Assembly: GCA_951406725.2 (NCBI GenBank)
Contig: OX597820.1
Coordinates: 47,616,001-47,680,000, forward strand
Length of the DNA: 64,000 nucleotides
Source of the DNA: Octopus vulgaris
Lineage: Eukaryota
Reading direction: 5' to 3'
Part shown: positions 13,811 through 28,234 of the stretch, one piece after another
Numbering within the stretch: the first letter of the stretch is position 1
Layout: every line of letters begins with the position of its first letter
Translations under genes and position numbers: made by a program
The notes under the pieces: generated by a model
Seen by the model: the letters and a program-made list of their open reading frames with translations, nothing else
The model's database searches: none
Told to the model about the DNA's origin: nothing

Positions 13811-14284
13811 GAACTTAATTGTTTATCTCACTCGAGTTTTGTCAAGTGTCACATTTAGAGGAGCGGGACCGAAATATTTTTGGTTATTAAAGAGAAGGCA
13901 ATTATTTATCGTTGAAGACATTTCTTGGACACACAATAATTATATAGGCTATTGACTAATTGACAAATAACAACTAAGGATGACACTTTACAGCAAATAT
14001 ATATTAGTACTGATTTGTTTATAAACATTGTGCCATTTGCTGTAACATCTTACTATATTCCAACCACAACTTTCCTTGTAACATTTGCGTTTCTAATGAA
14101 ATTACTAAATCACAGGATCAGACGTTTCGTCTGATAATCTGTAATTAATTGCCATCATCTATAAATACGCATAACAACTTACATAAGTATCAAACACAGA
14201 TACACCCTAAATTCTCTTCTTATGTTGGTTTTGACGATGGGTATTCCAGTGTTCGGTCAACTGAGCTATCTACTCATTGAATTA

Positions 14285-14497
14285 CGAGGGTGTAGTGAAA
14301 AGTTCCTGGCTTGGGTAAAAGAAAATAGAGGAGGATCAGTTAATTATTATTTTATTCCCCATATTCCTCTCTCAGATTCACACACTTATTGCAGCAGTCC
14401 TTCAGTTTTTCTAAACCTTGTAAAAGAACTCGGAAGTTTGGGCTTCCAACCAAGCCATTCGCGATACCTTTAAAGCTAGGAACTTCAACACTTCTCG
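14285..14497 (-). mobile_element. Mariner-derived MITE
   Basis: TA|CGAGGGTGTAGTGAAAAGTTCCTGGCTT ... AAGCTAGGAACTTCAACACTTCTCG|TA. A homolog lies at 59023-59227. Confidence 0.75.
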
Positions 14498-14599
14498 TAA
14501 TGAAAGTGGCGGAGTATTCCACTGACATATGGACGATTAATGTAATCCTCTGCAGTTTGTGACAGGTAAGGTTTTACAATGACAAGGATAGTCCTTCTG

Positions 14600-14900
14600 G
14601 CAGGGTGCATGACCTAGTGGTTAGGAAGTTGCACTCACGATCGCGAGACCGTGGTTTCAATTCCTGGGCAGAGTGGTGCATTGGGTTCTTGAGCAAAACA
14701 CTTCATGCTCAGCGGACGTGTAGTACACCGTGCACCTGTTCAGGCAACATCGATTTGATGGAGGGAGTGACCTAATATACAGCACATACATTTGATTACT
14801 ATTAACGAATCATTTGTGCTGGTTGTTCAGCAAGAAATTGCAGAACCATCTTTCTGAGACTACGAGACACTACCGTCATCACAGACCATCTGACTGGTTT
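14600..14900 (+). mobile_element. Diverged tRNA-headed SINE (family C-like head)
   Basis: ATGACCTAGTGGTTAGG..CTCACGATCGCGAGACCGTGGTTTCAATTCCTGG resembles the head at 38136. Confidence 0.55.
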
Positions 14901-15499
14901 TCATACAGTTACAGTTCACTTACAAGGCATGGATCACAGCAGTGACTACGGAAAAAAGCTCCTTAATAATTCAAAGCAATGCGAATAAACCTTGACTTCG
15001 TGACATGACTGTGAAACGAATTTTCTACCCACACGACCACTCGTACACACACGTACGCACACACTCACACTCACATACTCGCTCATATACACATGCATAC
15101 ATGCGTATTTACAAACACATACATGCAGACACATTTTCAGGTGCATAGTCCATAAAAAAATCCATCCTTATATTTAGTTTTGTGTAAACAATACATTCAC
15201 AATAAAACTAAATCCCACTGAAGAAAATTCCTTTTATCTAGCAAAAACCTACCTCAGAAATAAACCACCATTAAAAGTTATTTGTCCTCTGTTGACCTTT
15301 TTTCTCTTTCGGTCTCATCCCATAAAATTCCCGCGATTTCTGTTAACTTTCTGAGAACAAACCCGCGTTATTTATATTTTTCAATTCATAGCTCTTCCAG
15401 TTGAAAACTTGGGAGGAAATAATAAGCATTATTACTACAACATTTTGAATTGCTTATAAGCAAACAACAGCTTCGAACTTTAACCGCACGAATTTGACT

Positions 15500-15960
15500 C
15501 AAACAACCAGCCAAATAACCAACGAGTCAACCAACCAGCCAACCATCCAACCAACCAACCAGCCTAACTACCAACCAACCAACCAGCCAACCAGCCAACC
15601 AGTCATCCTACCAGCCAATCAACCAACCAACCTGTCTACCAACCAACCAACCAACCAACCAACCAACCAACCAACCAACCAACCAACCAACCAACCAACC
15701 AACCAACCAACCAACCAACCAACCAATCAACCAACACACCTACCAACTAACCAACCAACTAGCCCACCTACCAACCAACCAACCAACAAGCCAACCCACC
15801 TACCAACCAAACAACCAACAAACCAACCAACCAACCCACATACCAATCCACGTACCAACCAACCAACCAACAAACCAACCAACCCACCTACCAACCAAAC
15901 AACCAGCAAACCAACCAATTCACCCACCCACCAACCAGCCAGCCAGCCAACCAACCAACG
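15500..15960. repeat. Degenerate (CCAA)n tetranucleotide array
   Basis: Seen directly in the sequence. Confidence 0.95.
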
Positions 15961-15992
15961 AAGAAGCAAACAAGCAAATCAGTCTTTATTGC

Positions 15993-16506
<514 letters not shown>

Positions 16507-17093
16507 ACAAGAGCAAGTACTCTAACACCACTCACTACTTACTCCTGTAAACATTCCGTCTCATTGCCATCTACAACCATATCCACCGTTATCACCACCA
16601 TCACGACGACGACGACCACCACCACCATCATTACCACTGCCACCATTACCGCTACCATCGCCACTCTGATCACCGACTATTTCTTCTAGTACTACTAAGT
16701 CAAAGAACTACCAGCAATACTAGCTTTTCCAACACTAGGAACACAAAAGAATACACAAAAACTATATAAAAGCAAAAAGTAAAAAGGAAAAAAAAACATC
16801 ATGTCCATTCAACCAATCAACAAAGCAGACAGCATAACGACCAATCAGCTTCACAGTGATTTCTTATTCAGAGAGTTTCGTGACTTGATCTCCAAGACAG
16901 AAAACCATTTACTTTGAATAGAAACACTTGTTCTTTGAACAATAGGATTACATTGTTTGCTGTCTTACAACGGAAACAGCAATATAATTCTTGCGGACAC
17001 ACACATCTCTATTTATTTAGGAACCTATTATGATGATAATAATGATGATGATAATGATGATGATGATGATCATCATCATCATCACCATCATCC

Positions 17094-17094
<1 letters not shown>

Positions 17095-17170
<76 letters not shown>

Positions 17171-17585
17171 CATTGTTATTATTGAGTGAGAGAGTAGTGC
17201 ATGCCGTCAAAGTGACGCTGGGGTAAAATATACTAAGCCCAGATTACCCGTCATGACAACCCGTCTGATGAAGGTACACCACGCACATGCATCACAAGCA
17301 TATGTGCGCGACATGGTGATCTCATATCAAGATAAACCGCGCATGACCTCGCAGGTGGGGCCCAGTTCAAATTTTCTTCAGGTCGAGTAGCCCATTCCAC
17401 TCAAAAGTTCCCCGAATAAGGGTTGTTTAAGGATGTTGAACAAAACACCAATGTTTCTGGAGGTGAATTATCCAAACCCCCCAAAATTCCTCTCAACACA
17501 TGGCTATGATGCTCCCCCCCACTACTTCTGCTCGTCATCACAGATGCACATATCGTAAGCCACTAAGGTACGTGTTTAGCTGCTT
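17095..17585 (-). mobile_element. Non-coding TAA-tailed interspersed repeat (3' part)
   Basis: Homologous in opposite orientation to 19610-19845 and 33413-33545; ends in (TAA)n. Confidence 0.7.
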
Positions 17586-17849
17586 ATGCCTCAACTGCTT
17601 ATGCCTTATGCCTTGTGATACTCTTCCCAAGGACCCAGTAACTTCATCGTCTTCATTTTCCATAGTCTGACTATTCCGTACTTAAGAGGGTTGTAGCTAT
17701 CTATCTATCTATCTATCTATCAATCTATCTATCTATCTATATTTTAGCCTTCTTCTTCTTCTTCTTCTTCTTCTTCTTCTTCTTCTTCTTCTTCTTCTTC
17801 TTCTTCTTCTTCTTCTTCTCCTCCTCCTCCCCCTTGCTGTTATTACCAT

Positions 17850-18065
17850 TAAGACGGCGATCTGGCAGAACCGTTAACACCCAGAACAAAATGTTCCACG
17901 GCATTTAGGTCATCTTCGTGTTCTGAGCTCAAATTCCGCCGAGGTCCACAATGCCTTTCATCCTGTCGGGGTCGATAAAATAAGTAACAGTTGAATACTG
18001 GAGCTATTCGACTATCCCTCTCTCCCAGATTTCAAACATTTTACCTATAGTAGAAAGTATTATTA
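17850..18065 (+). mobile_element. SINE family B
   Basis: GACGGCGATCTGGCAGAA head, central domain and ATT tail. Confidence 0.75.
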
Positions 18066-18315
18066 TCATTATTGTTATGGGCGTTCATATTCTGGTTTTT
18101 GTTGTTGCAGTTCCATCTCCTATTTAATTAGAATTTGTTATTAAATTTCCTTTGAGATCTGGATACAAGTTTTATTTTATTGCTGTAGGTTTATACCTAT
18201 TATTTTATTGCTTTCGTTGTGTCAAACTTAGAAGTGTTGACTTGTTACCGTATTATTGTAGTTGCTGTTATTATTATTATTGTTGTTGTTGTTGTTGTTG
18301 TTGTTATTGTTGTTG

Positions 18316-18385
<70 letters not shown>

Positions 18386-18587
18386 CTACTGAGATTGTTT
18401 ACATTTTTGTATTATGTTGTCATTATTCTGTTTTTGAATACAGCATTTTGTTTATGTTGTCATTAGATTCCCGTTCTGCATTTTGATCATATTTATTTCT
18501 AATCAATTGTTACTACTTTTTCAAAATTCAATTTGCGAATGGAGATAACATTATCAATTCCGTGAAATAACAAAAAATAATATTAAA

Positions 18588-18774
18588 GTGGATGGCTGCG
18601 TGGTAAGTAGCTTGCTTACCAACCACATGGTTCCGGATTCAGTCCAACTGCGTGGCACCTTGGGCGAGTGTCTTCTACTATAGCCTCTGGCCGACCAAAG
18701 CCTTGTGAGTGGATTTTGTAGGCGGAAACTGAAATAAGCCTGTCGTATATATGTATATCTATCTATCTATCTAC

Positions 18775-18823
<49 letters not shown>

Positions 18824-19110
18824 ATTTATGTGTTTACTCCGATATATATATATATATATTTGTGTGTGTGTGTATGTTTGTGTGCGTTTGTTTGTGTGTC
18901 TGTGTTTGTCCCCCCAACATCACTTGACAACCGATGCTAGTGTGTTTACGTCCACGTAACTTAGCGGTTCGGCAAAAGAGACCGATAGAATAAGTACTAG
19001 GCTTACAAAGAATAAGTCCTGGAGTCGATTTGCTCGACTAAAGGCAGTGCTCCAGCATGGCCACAGTCAGATAACCGAAACAAGTAAAAGAGTAAAAGAG
19101 TAAAGAGAAA
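18588..19110 (+). mobile_element. SINE family A, full length
   Basis: Head, internal (TATC)n/(TA)n/(TG)n and family tail. Confidence 0.85.
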
Positions 19111-19196
19111 GAGTATGATATTAATGATGATGAGAAACATGGTGATGCTACTACAACTAATATTACAACTACTAATGCTTTCTGTTACAACAAAAA

Positions 19197-19230
<34 letters not shown>

Positions 19231-19231
19231 G

Positions 19232-19276
<45 letters not shown>

Positions 19277-19444
19277 ATCCTTTCTACTAAAGGCACAAGG
19301 CCTGAAATTTTGGGTGATGGGATTAGTCGATTACGTTGATCCCCAATATTTCACTGGTGCTTATTTTATCGACCCCGAAAGGATGAAAGGCAAAGTCAAC
19401 AACAACAGCAACAATAATGATAACAATAATAATAATATTAATAA

Positions 19445-19845
19445 CTGCCCGGATGCAGTACCGAGCAGTAGCTCTCATGGCTTCTGATCTTAACTGATTG
19501 TAAGTTTTATCATGCACATTGTTTTGTCTTGGTATAAAAGATGGACAACAGCAAATATTATGCTCAATACTTCAGATTTGCTTGTCAGTTGTTTGACTTT
19601 AACCAGTTGAGCATGTCCCTTAGTGGCTGATGATATATGCATCTCTGATCACGAGCAGGAGTAGCGAGAAACATCATAGACAAGTGTTAAGAGGAATTAT
19701 TTGGGGTTTGAATAATTCATCTGTGGAAACATGGTTGTTTCGTTCATCATCCTTAAACAAACCTTATTCAGGGACCTTTGAGCGAGATGAGCTACTCATC
19801 CTGGAAAAATTCTTACTCGCAAGGTCATGCGCTGTTTATTTTGAG
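19445..19845 (+). mobile_element. Non-coding interspersed repeat, 5'/middle part of the TAA-tailed family
   Basis: Reverse-complement homology with 17325-17585; starts right after a TAA-rich tract. Confidence 0.65.
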
Positions 19846-19869
19846 AAAATAAATAGAAAAACCTGGTAA

Positions 19870-20910
19870 GTGATGACAATGGACAAGGAACTTCATCCAA
19901 AAAGTGATATCGACAGACCGTATGTACGTATGAAAAGGGAGGAAGATCTGTGTTGTCAACGAAGAGTACAGTTTGGGATCGTTCAGCAGAGTGAGGCCTT
20001 ACTTGTGAAAATATGACGCACCCATAAATAATTAAGGAACACGGTGAAGGAAAAGAATAAGCAGCTGTAAAATGAAAACAATGCATGGACAATGTATCAG
20101 AGAAATAGAAGGGAAAGACAAGACTAACATTTGGAAGTGGTTAAAGAAAAGTGATCTGAAAGGATGCATTGGTGAATTGATATGCAACACTCAGGAATAA
20201 GCTCTGAGAACTAATTACATTAAATTCCAAATTGATAAGAGCAGTGTATCGTCGGTTTGTAGGATGTGCTGCAGCAAAAAGGAAACAATTTAACATGTTG
20301 TGAGGGAGTGGTGCAAACTGGCCCAGAACCACAACAAAAGGAGGCACAATAACGTGGCTAAGTTCGTTCACTGGAAATTGTGTGAAAAGTCCGGTCCTAG
20401 AAGAACACGGAAATTATACGAACATGAATCAGAAGACGTCACTGATAATAATGAACATAAAATCTTGTGGGATTTTACAATCAGATATTGCCATACCTGG
20501 GAATGCACGCGTAGGTGACAAAAAGCTGAAAAAGAGGAAAAAATACAAATTTCTAGAAGTCAAAATTGTAATAATGTGGGTAATGAAGAGAGTACCTGTC
20601 CTCCAAGTAGTTATAGTGGCACTCGGAGCACTAACAGCCAAGTTCGAGAAATACGTCGGAGAAACTGGAATTGACATGAGGATAGAGCATGCCCGCAAAA
20701 GACAGCTCTGTCGGGGAGAGCTAGGATTTTGAGATTGTTGCTTTGATGATGAGTATCTTCCATGATACTTAACACCTAAGTACCAAGTCCTATAAAGCGT
20801 GGAAAGGGATCCTGTGAGATCTTTGACGACAGGATGGTGTCCGCTTTCACACAATTAACCAGAGCAAGTAAAATCGAGAGCTCTGACAAGTAAAATATAA
20901 CAATGATAAT
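19870..20910 (+). mobile_element. R4/Dong LINE 3' part, decayed
   Basis: WKWLKKSDLK, CRMCCSKKET, RRHNNVAKFVHWKLC, KILWDFTI, DIAIPG and VVIVALGA. Confidence 0.85.
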
Positions 20911-20913
20911 GAA

Positions 20914-20981
<68 letters not shown>

Positions 20982-21004
20982 CACTGCTGCTGCTGCTGCT
21001 GCTG

Positions 21005-21232
21005 CCGCCACAGCCATCTTCACCGCCGCCACCCGCACGGCCACCACCGCCACCCGCACGGCCACCACCGCCACCCTCACGGCCACCGCCGCCACTCTCA
21101 CGGCCACCACCACCACAGCCATCTTCACCGCCGCCACCCGCACGGCCACCACCGCCACCCTCACGGCCACCGTCGCCACCCTCACGGCCACTGTCGCCCT
21201 CACCGCCGCAACCCTCGACGCCACCGCCGCCG
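21005..21232. repeat. GC-rich ~21-bp minisatellite (CCGCCACCCKCACGGCCACCA) between (CTA)n arrays
   Basis: Seen directly in the sequence. Confidence 0.85.
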
Positions 21233-21339
21233 CTACTACTAAAACTACTACTACTACTACTACTACTACTAACTACTACTACTACTACTACTACTACTAC
21301 AATAATAATAATATTGATAATGATAGTAATAAACATAAT

Positions 21340-21630
21340 AGGCCAAGTGTCTTCTACTGTAGCCTCTGGCCGACCAAAGCCTTGTGAGTGGTTTTGGTAG
21401 AGGGAATCTGAAAGATGCGCGCGCGCGTGTATATGTATATGTTTGTGTGTTTGTCTTTGTCCCCCCCATCATCACTTGACAACCGATGTTGGTTTGTTTA
21501 CGTCCCCGTAACTTAGCGGTTCGGCAAAAGAGAGCGATAGAATAGGTGTAAGGGTCGATTTGTTCGACTAAAGGCTGTACCCCAGCATGGTCGCAGTCAA
21601 ATGACTGAAACAAATAAAAGAATAAAAGAA
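21340..21630 (+). mobile_element. SINE family A, 5'-truncated
   Basis: Family body and tail. Confidence 0.8.
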
Positions 21631-22290
21631 TATTGTATGAGAAAGGAGAACAATTCATATAATTATCTTCCAGATATCTTGTTTTATTGACCTAATTTCT
21701 GTTCAGAACCGTGGTACATTGAACTAGTTTCCGTCGAATATTTTCTCTGTCAACATTCTACCTTAATGAATTATTAAATGAATAAATAAATGAATAAATA
21801 AATAAACAATAAAGAACAAATCTGATAAAGTGCACTAGTATCATGTTATATCGTGTCAGTTTTGTTTACATTTTAAATGATAATATATCAATCTATTTTG
21901 CAATATATACCAATATAAAGTCGATATCAAAAGCACTCTTGTTTAAACAAATTTAGCTTTAAAGCGAACATAAAGTTCACACGCATATATGAAGATATAA
22001 ATAAATATATACTAAGGTATACTCACACATATATATGTATTTATATATATAAGTACACTCACACACATATATACATATATGTATATATACATACATACAT
22101 TCATATATATATATATATATATACATACACACACACATACACACATATATATTCATATGTAAATAATTATGTCTATATACACAATAGGCATATGTGTGTT
22201 TGTCCGCACTCTTTGTCTTCACATGCGCATGCGTTTGACACAACAAAAAGGAAAAAAAAAGAAAGAAACAAAAAGAAGAAAGTTCACGTG

Positions 22291-22731
22291 CATGTAAAAT
22301 GGTAACTTAGGCAGTTGACAAAATATTTGACAAAATGTGGATCAGATTGAGAAATGCGATGGGGTAGCTATGGCCAGTGCTAATCGACGGCAGGCTGTGT
22401 CCCTGTATGGCTGCAGTCCAATGACTGAAACTAGCAAAGCAAGAAAATATACATGTATGTATGTATGTATGTATGTATGTATGTATGTATGTATGTATGT
22501 ATGTATGTATGTATGTATGTATGTTTGTATGTATGTATGTATGTATGTATGTTTGTATGTATGTATGTATGTATGTGTGCGTGTGTGTGTGTGTATGTTT
22601 GTATATATATATATGTGTGTGTATGTAAGTGTGTATATATATACATGTGTGTGTATACACACACACACATATATATGATGGTATACATACCTACCTACCT
22701 ACCTACCTACATACATACATACATACATACA

Positions 22732-22829
<98 letters not shown>

Positions 22830-23041
22830 AGCCTCTATATACATACTTTCACAACAGAATAGATATATAAATCATTTATAGAAGACAAGTTCTATTCATT
22901 GTAAATTTTCTTACAAATCGTGATAGTGTCTCGATGTCACTGAACGCGTCGCCATCACGTTGGATAATAATGAAACAAAAGAAAGAGAAATGGAAACAAT
23001 AAATACAGCTTGTCAATTGTCTAAGTTACCATTTTACATTG
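22291..23041. mobile_element. Putative MITE with 28-bp TIRs and an interior expanded by microsatellites
   Basis: TGTAAAATGGTAACTTAGGCAGTTGACA (22293-22320) matches the reverse complement of 23011-23038 at 26/28 positions; TA follows the right end. Confidence 0.6.
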
Positions 23042-23551
23042 TATCTTCGACTAATTCTCCGACTGTTGGCTACTGGTCAATATATACATGCAGGCATACG
23101 TCCATATGTACTTAAAAAAATACGCACAATATATATGTACATACATACGTACATACGTACATGCATACATACAGACTACAGATTCGGGCCATCTCTGGAA
23201 CTGTAAAAATCTGTAAAACTTTCCAGACGTTTATCATTTAAATATATATGAAGATGTATAGATATGCAAGGATATGTATGAGAATACATACATAAAGCAA
23301 AACATACAAATCTGCACATATACATAGATACATACAAATTACTCTGTTGATGCTGTTGAAATTTCAATGAAGGAGCCTTGGATCTAGGTTAGAAACCGGC
23401 CCTTTCTCTATTGGCAAGAAATCTTGAAATAAAACTGAATAATTACCTACCTATCTACCTACCTACCTACCTACCTACCTACCTACCTACCTACCTACCT
23501 ACCTACCTACCTACCTACCTACCTACCTACCTACCTACCTACCTACCTACA

Positions 23552-23585
<34 letters not shown>

Positions 23586-23879
23586 CATACATACAAACAT
23601 ACATACATACATATATACATACATATTTATGTATATATTTATATATTAATGCTTGTTTTTTAGTTAAGCTATATAGAAACAAAATTGAAGAATTGTTCAA
23701 AACATTTTGTAGAGTTCGTTTATTAACCTTTTTCATAGAGAAGACTGAAGGTGAATTCGAAATTTCGACAGCTTGACAAAGGCGAGGAAACTGAAACTTC
23801 GAAGTCTTTGTCAACCAGTTCCTTGTAAAAGTTTAATATACATATGTACCTACATACAAACGTATATATATGCACAACA

Positions 23880-24225
23880 AGGACCGAATGTTTGCTGGAA
23901 ATGGAAGTGAAATGAATACTGGCAAAGATGTGTGCAGGCAGCGAATAAAAAAAAATGAACTCTAGGCATACACTGGGACAGGAACTGTCAAACACCCTCC
24001 CCCCTGCAACGTGTAGGTGTGGATATCTTCAAGGAGAGCCTCGACAAATTTTTACCTGAAATACTAAAAGGACTCACATCGCGGCAGGAGGAACAAAGAA
24101 CAACCCCGTCCAAGTCGCTACTTCACCAAAAACAGTTCTGGAGAGGAATCCAAACATACCGAAGGGTGGTGCTCCAGCATGGCTTCAGCCTCTGGCTGAA
24201 ACCGGTAGAGAATAAAAGAGAACAG
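23880..24225 (+). mobile_element. CR1/L2-group LINE 3' end
   Basis: VDIFKESLDKFL..TSRQEEQRTTPSKSLLHQ, followed by the 3'UTR GGTGGTGCTCCAGCATGGC..GCTGAAAC. Confidence 0.65.
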
Positions 24226-24707
24226 ATAAAAGATACCCTCAGAACCGACTGATTTCATTCCAACATTAATCAAGCCAACAGTCTTCACTCGTCACTCGAC
24301 ACTCTTCCTCTCGTTACTCATATCGTGTCTCACCACACTAGGACACTAACCACATCCAGTCCTTTCTACCCAGACCTTCACTCCTCTGAAATTCTACGCC
24401 CTGACCATGCTTTTCGTGCAATCAATAAATTCTGCTTGTTTAAAAACATCAACCAAGTCGATCTCATCGTCTCGGATGGCATGCAATGGTAAAATTTATC
24501 AGCTGCTTCCCCGAGATAAAACATTGATAAAATCCTCTGAAATTAGTCACTATAAATATATATACGGAACTAATAACTGCTTTAATCGTGTACGTGCTGT
24601 GTATGTGTATGTGTATGTGTATATACATATACACGCGCATATATGTGTGCGTGTATATATATATATATACTTGTGCGTATGTATTGCATATATATCTATG
24701 TATATCG

Positions 24708-24755
<48 letters not shown>

Positions 24756-25221
24756 GTACAACGCTTATATGTATAGTACAAGTGATACAGGGCCGTGTTA
24801 GTGGATATTTTGCTCTTTTATGTCTCAAAATGGTATCTATGATGTCTAATATCATTTCCATTAAAGTCTTAGAAGTTAATTCACAACACAACCACAGAAT
24901 TAATTCATATCGGAACCATAATGCAGTACCGCAGTGCTCGGTCTCTGTAAAATTTGTACGTCACATAAAACACAACAGTATTCTAGTATAGAATAGAAAC
25001 ACACACACACACACACACACACACAAATACACACACACACGTATATATACACACGTATGTATATAGACACACATGTTATATATATATATACATAACCGTA
25101 CACACACATATGTTAATATATATATATATATATATACACACGTATATATGTATATATATATATGTGTGTGTATATATATGTATATATATATATATATGTA
25201 TACTTGTAAGTGTATGTATGA

Positions 25222-25273
<52 letters not shown>

Positions 25274-25746
25274 GTATGCATATATGCACATAAGAAAAAC
25301 CTCACAAGAACAATTGGAAGCTGAAAACCGACTTTATTGAAATTACCAAATTACGAAAACAAGATTCTGTCCGTTTTTCACAATTGCTCTACCGTTTCAT
25401 TTGAGAATTTCCTTTGTACAAAGAAAAGCACAGAAAGACAATAGGTGGTTACATTGTCTTTCCTGATGTTTCGGTAAGTTATATTTCATTTAATATAAAT
25501 GCTTTCTTGTATCTCTTTACGGATTCTTTGATTTTCGGCTAAGAAATGTTAATATTGATAATAAAAAGTAATAATATCTACACATAAACGAGTGAGACAT
25601 TTTTGATCATATCACAACTATTTTTTCATTCTCTATATCTGTTGCATAATTACATGGCCGAAGTCCAATGATTGAAACCATTAGAAAGGATGTATGTATG
25701 CCTGTGTGCGTACACACTCACTCACACACACATACACACACACACA

Positions 25747-25803
<57 letters not shown>

Positions 25804-26224
25804 AGACGCGTGCACACACACATACACTCAGACGCACACACATACACCTTATGTACATATATATGCATATTATACATATGTACGTATCTATACATACTCA
25901 CGCACACATATATGTGTGTATATGAATAATATATATGTGTGTGTACTCATGTATACATACACACACGCCCACGTAAATATGTAAATATGTAAGTATATAT
26001 ATATACACACATACATAGTATATATATATATATATATGTATATATATCCATACATGCATACATGCACACACACTCACACACACAGATATGTATGTGTATG
26101 TATATACATATATATATATTACATATATACATATATATATATACACTCATATATGTATACACAAATATATCTATACCTTTACGTATTTATCTATATCTCG
26201 TTGTCTGTATTTATGCATATATGC

Positions 26225-26302
<78 letters not shown>

Positions 26303-27974
26303 TTTATATACATGTGCATGCCTATGTGTTGCCTGCGTGTGAGAATATGTTTTTTTGCGTGTATTATTGAAGATCTTAGAATATTTATGTGGCATGAAAA
26401 ATGCCTGTACAACAAAGTAGCAAGTTATATCCTCTCTCTAAGGAATGCGGTCTATGAAACCAAATGATGGTTCTGATCCAGATCCATTTGTCATCATCAA
26501 ATATATATAATAGTTTTTGTTTGTAAAGTTCTTTTGCCGTGCCTCATTAGGTAAGCGTCGCTCAATTAAATAGTTGGAGAAATCGTTGGATCCTCTTCGA
26601 CGTACATTGATATATTGTTTTAAGTTAATTTTTAATTATTGTCAGTTGGTAGTGAGTATAGTAATTTTAAATAAGCTATATCTCCATTTGCCATTCTATA
26701 GAGTTTGTGTTTGCCTGCAATGAAAGAATATAAAAAAAGGTTAACGATTCTAAGTTTAGTGTTAATTGTAATACTTGAAATATGATTATTAAATTTTCTC
26801 TAAATATATACCATACTTGAACATTTATGCTCGTAGCAACAGTTAACCTATCGTTTCTATATCATCTCTGTGGGTGGCGTTCATTCTTTGATTTTAAGTG
26901 TGTCTAAAATTTACTGGTCGAGAAATCTGCATATTTAGTTGAAAGAAATTTACTCATGGTAACTTCAAAAAGTTTCACGTTTTCCTTCTTGATTTCCACA
27001 CAATGAAACAATAGCAACTAATAATACTGTTATCGTTCATTTAAGGCTGCTGGAAGATGAGATTCACTAATTTAGTAGAAATATTTCTTTATCGAATTGA
27101 TTGAGCTTAACATTATTTCTATTTTCATTAAGCCACTTTACTTCAGTCCTGCTACTGTTTCATTGCGATAATTATAAGGAATTTCCTATATCTAAGCTCA
27201 TGAAGGTGAGAATACTCTTGCTTACTATTTCTGTTCATTTTTAGTAGTCTGCAAAATTTGCAGTTGGATAAAAATTGTGTTTGTAGACTTTTAAAAGAAA
27301 ATTTATCAAGCGCTTGGCTAACTACGCTACTCTGACGTCTAATTTAAGACATGAGACGTAGTGTATTTTGCATTGTAATTAATTGTACAGTATTTTTGTA
27401 AATGTTGGTTCTGTTTCCAAACAATGGTTTGCAGTATGTGGTGCTATAGGATTCTGTTTTAGATTGATGGAAAATATGCCTATTCTGCGTGTGTCTCCAG
27501 TAGATGTTATGTGCTCATTTCAAAGAATATTCATAATAAGAACAAGACTGACAGCCAGAAATTAATTACTACAATACCGTATACAACTCTCGTTTACATC
27601 CTCATACATAAACCAGCTGTATTCGAGCTGTGGTTATTAATTTCCGACTGTCAACCTAGCATCGTTTTGTAAATTTAATTATTTTTGTCATAATTTCATT
27701 ATATATTTCTCTAAGAGCATGTTGATACTAGCTATGGCAGTTGAAAGCGATGTAATTGGTCCCTGATGTTTCTTTGATGAAAGACAATAATATGGGCCTG
27801 TTGATGCTCTGATTTATCGAGGTAGTCTTACTTCAAAGTGAAGCTAAGTAAATATATATTAAGCATATCGCTTACGATTCTGTTCGCATATATATCCATA
27901 GGTGTCCATGCCAGTTCCTCGGTAGGGAACCTGGGCTTCAAAGCATCAGTATAATTGCGTGTGTGTGTGTGTGA

Positions 27975-28023
<49 letters not shown>

Positions 28024-28029
<6 letters not shown>

Positions 28030-28220
28030 ATTAAAATAAACAAACAATTAAAAAACAGAAAAGACGGACGTGAGGTCGCGCACAAGAAATATATTAATTA
28101 GACGCTCGGTGAAGGGAAAGAGTTGTTAACGCTTCGAGCATAGATCTTCGTCAGAAAATGCAAAGTCCAAAAAGAAAGAAGAAAAATAAGGAAAAATAGC
28201 CAACAATCCACGTGCGGTTA
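28024..28220 (-). mobile_element. Penelope pseudo-LTR-like repeat with a degenerate hammerhead core, between (TA)n tracts
   Basis: Minus strand TTTT CTGACGA A GATC TAT GCTC GAAGC GTT; related to 59235-59408 and 60384-60470. Confidence 0.55.
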
Positions 28221-28234
28221 TATATATATATATA

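Noticed and set aside
20776-21400. Gly-rich / Pro-rich ORFs
   Set aside because: These come from a 21-bp minisatellite within (CTA)n, with no splice or domain support.
26400-27700. Very decayed Penelope/Dong-like remnants
   Set aside because: Only faint motifs (e.g. LISGCQ) are visible, too weak to assign.
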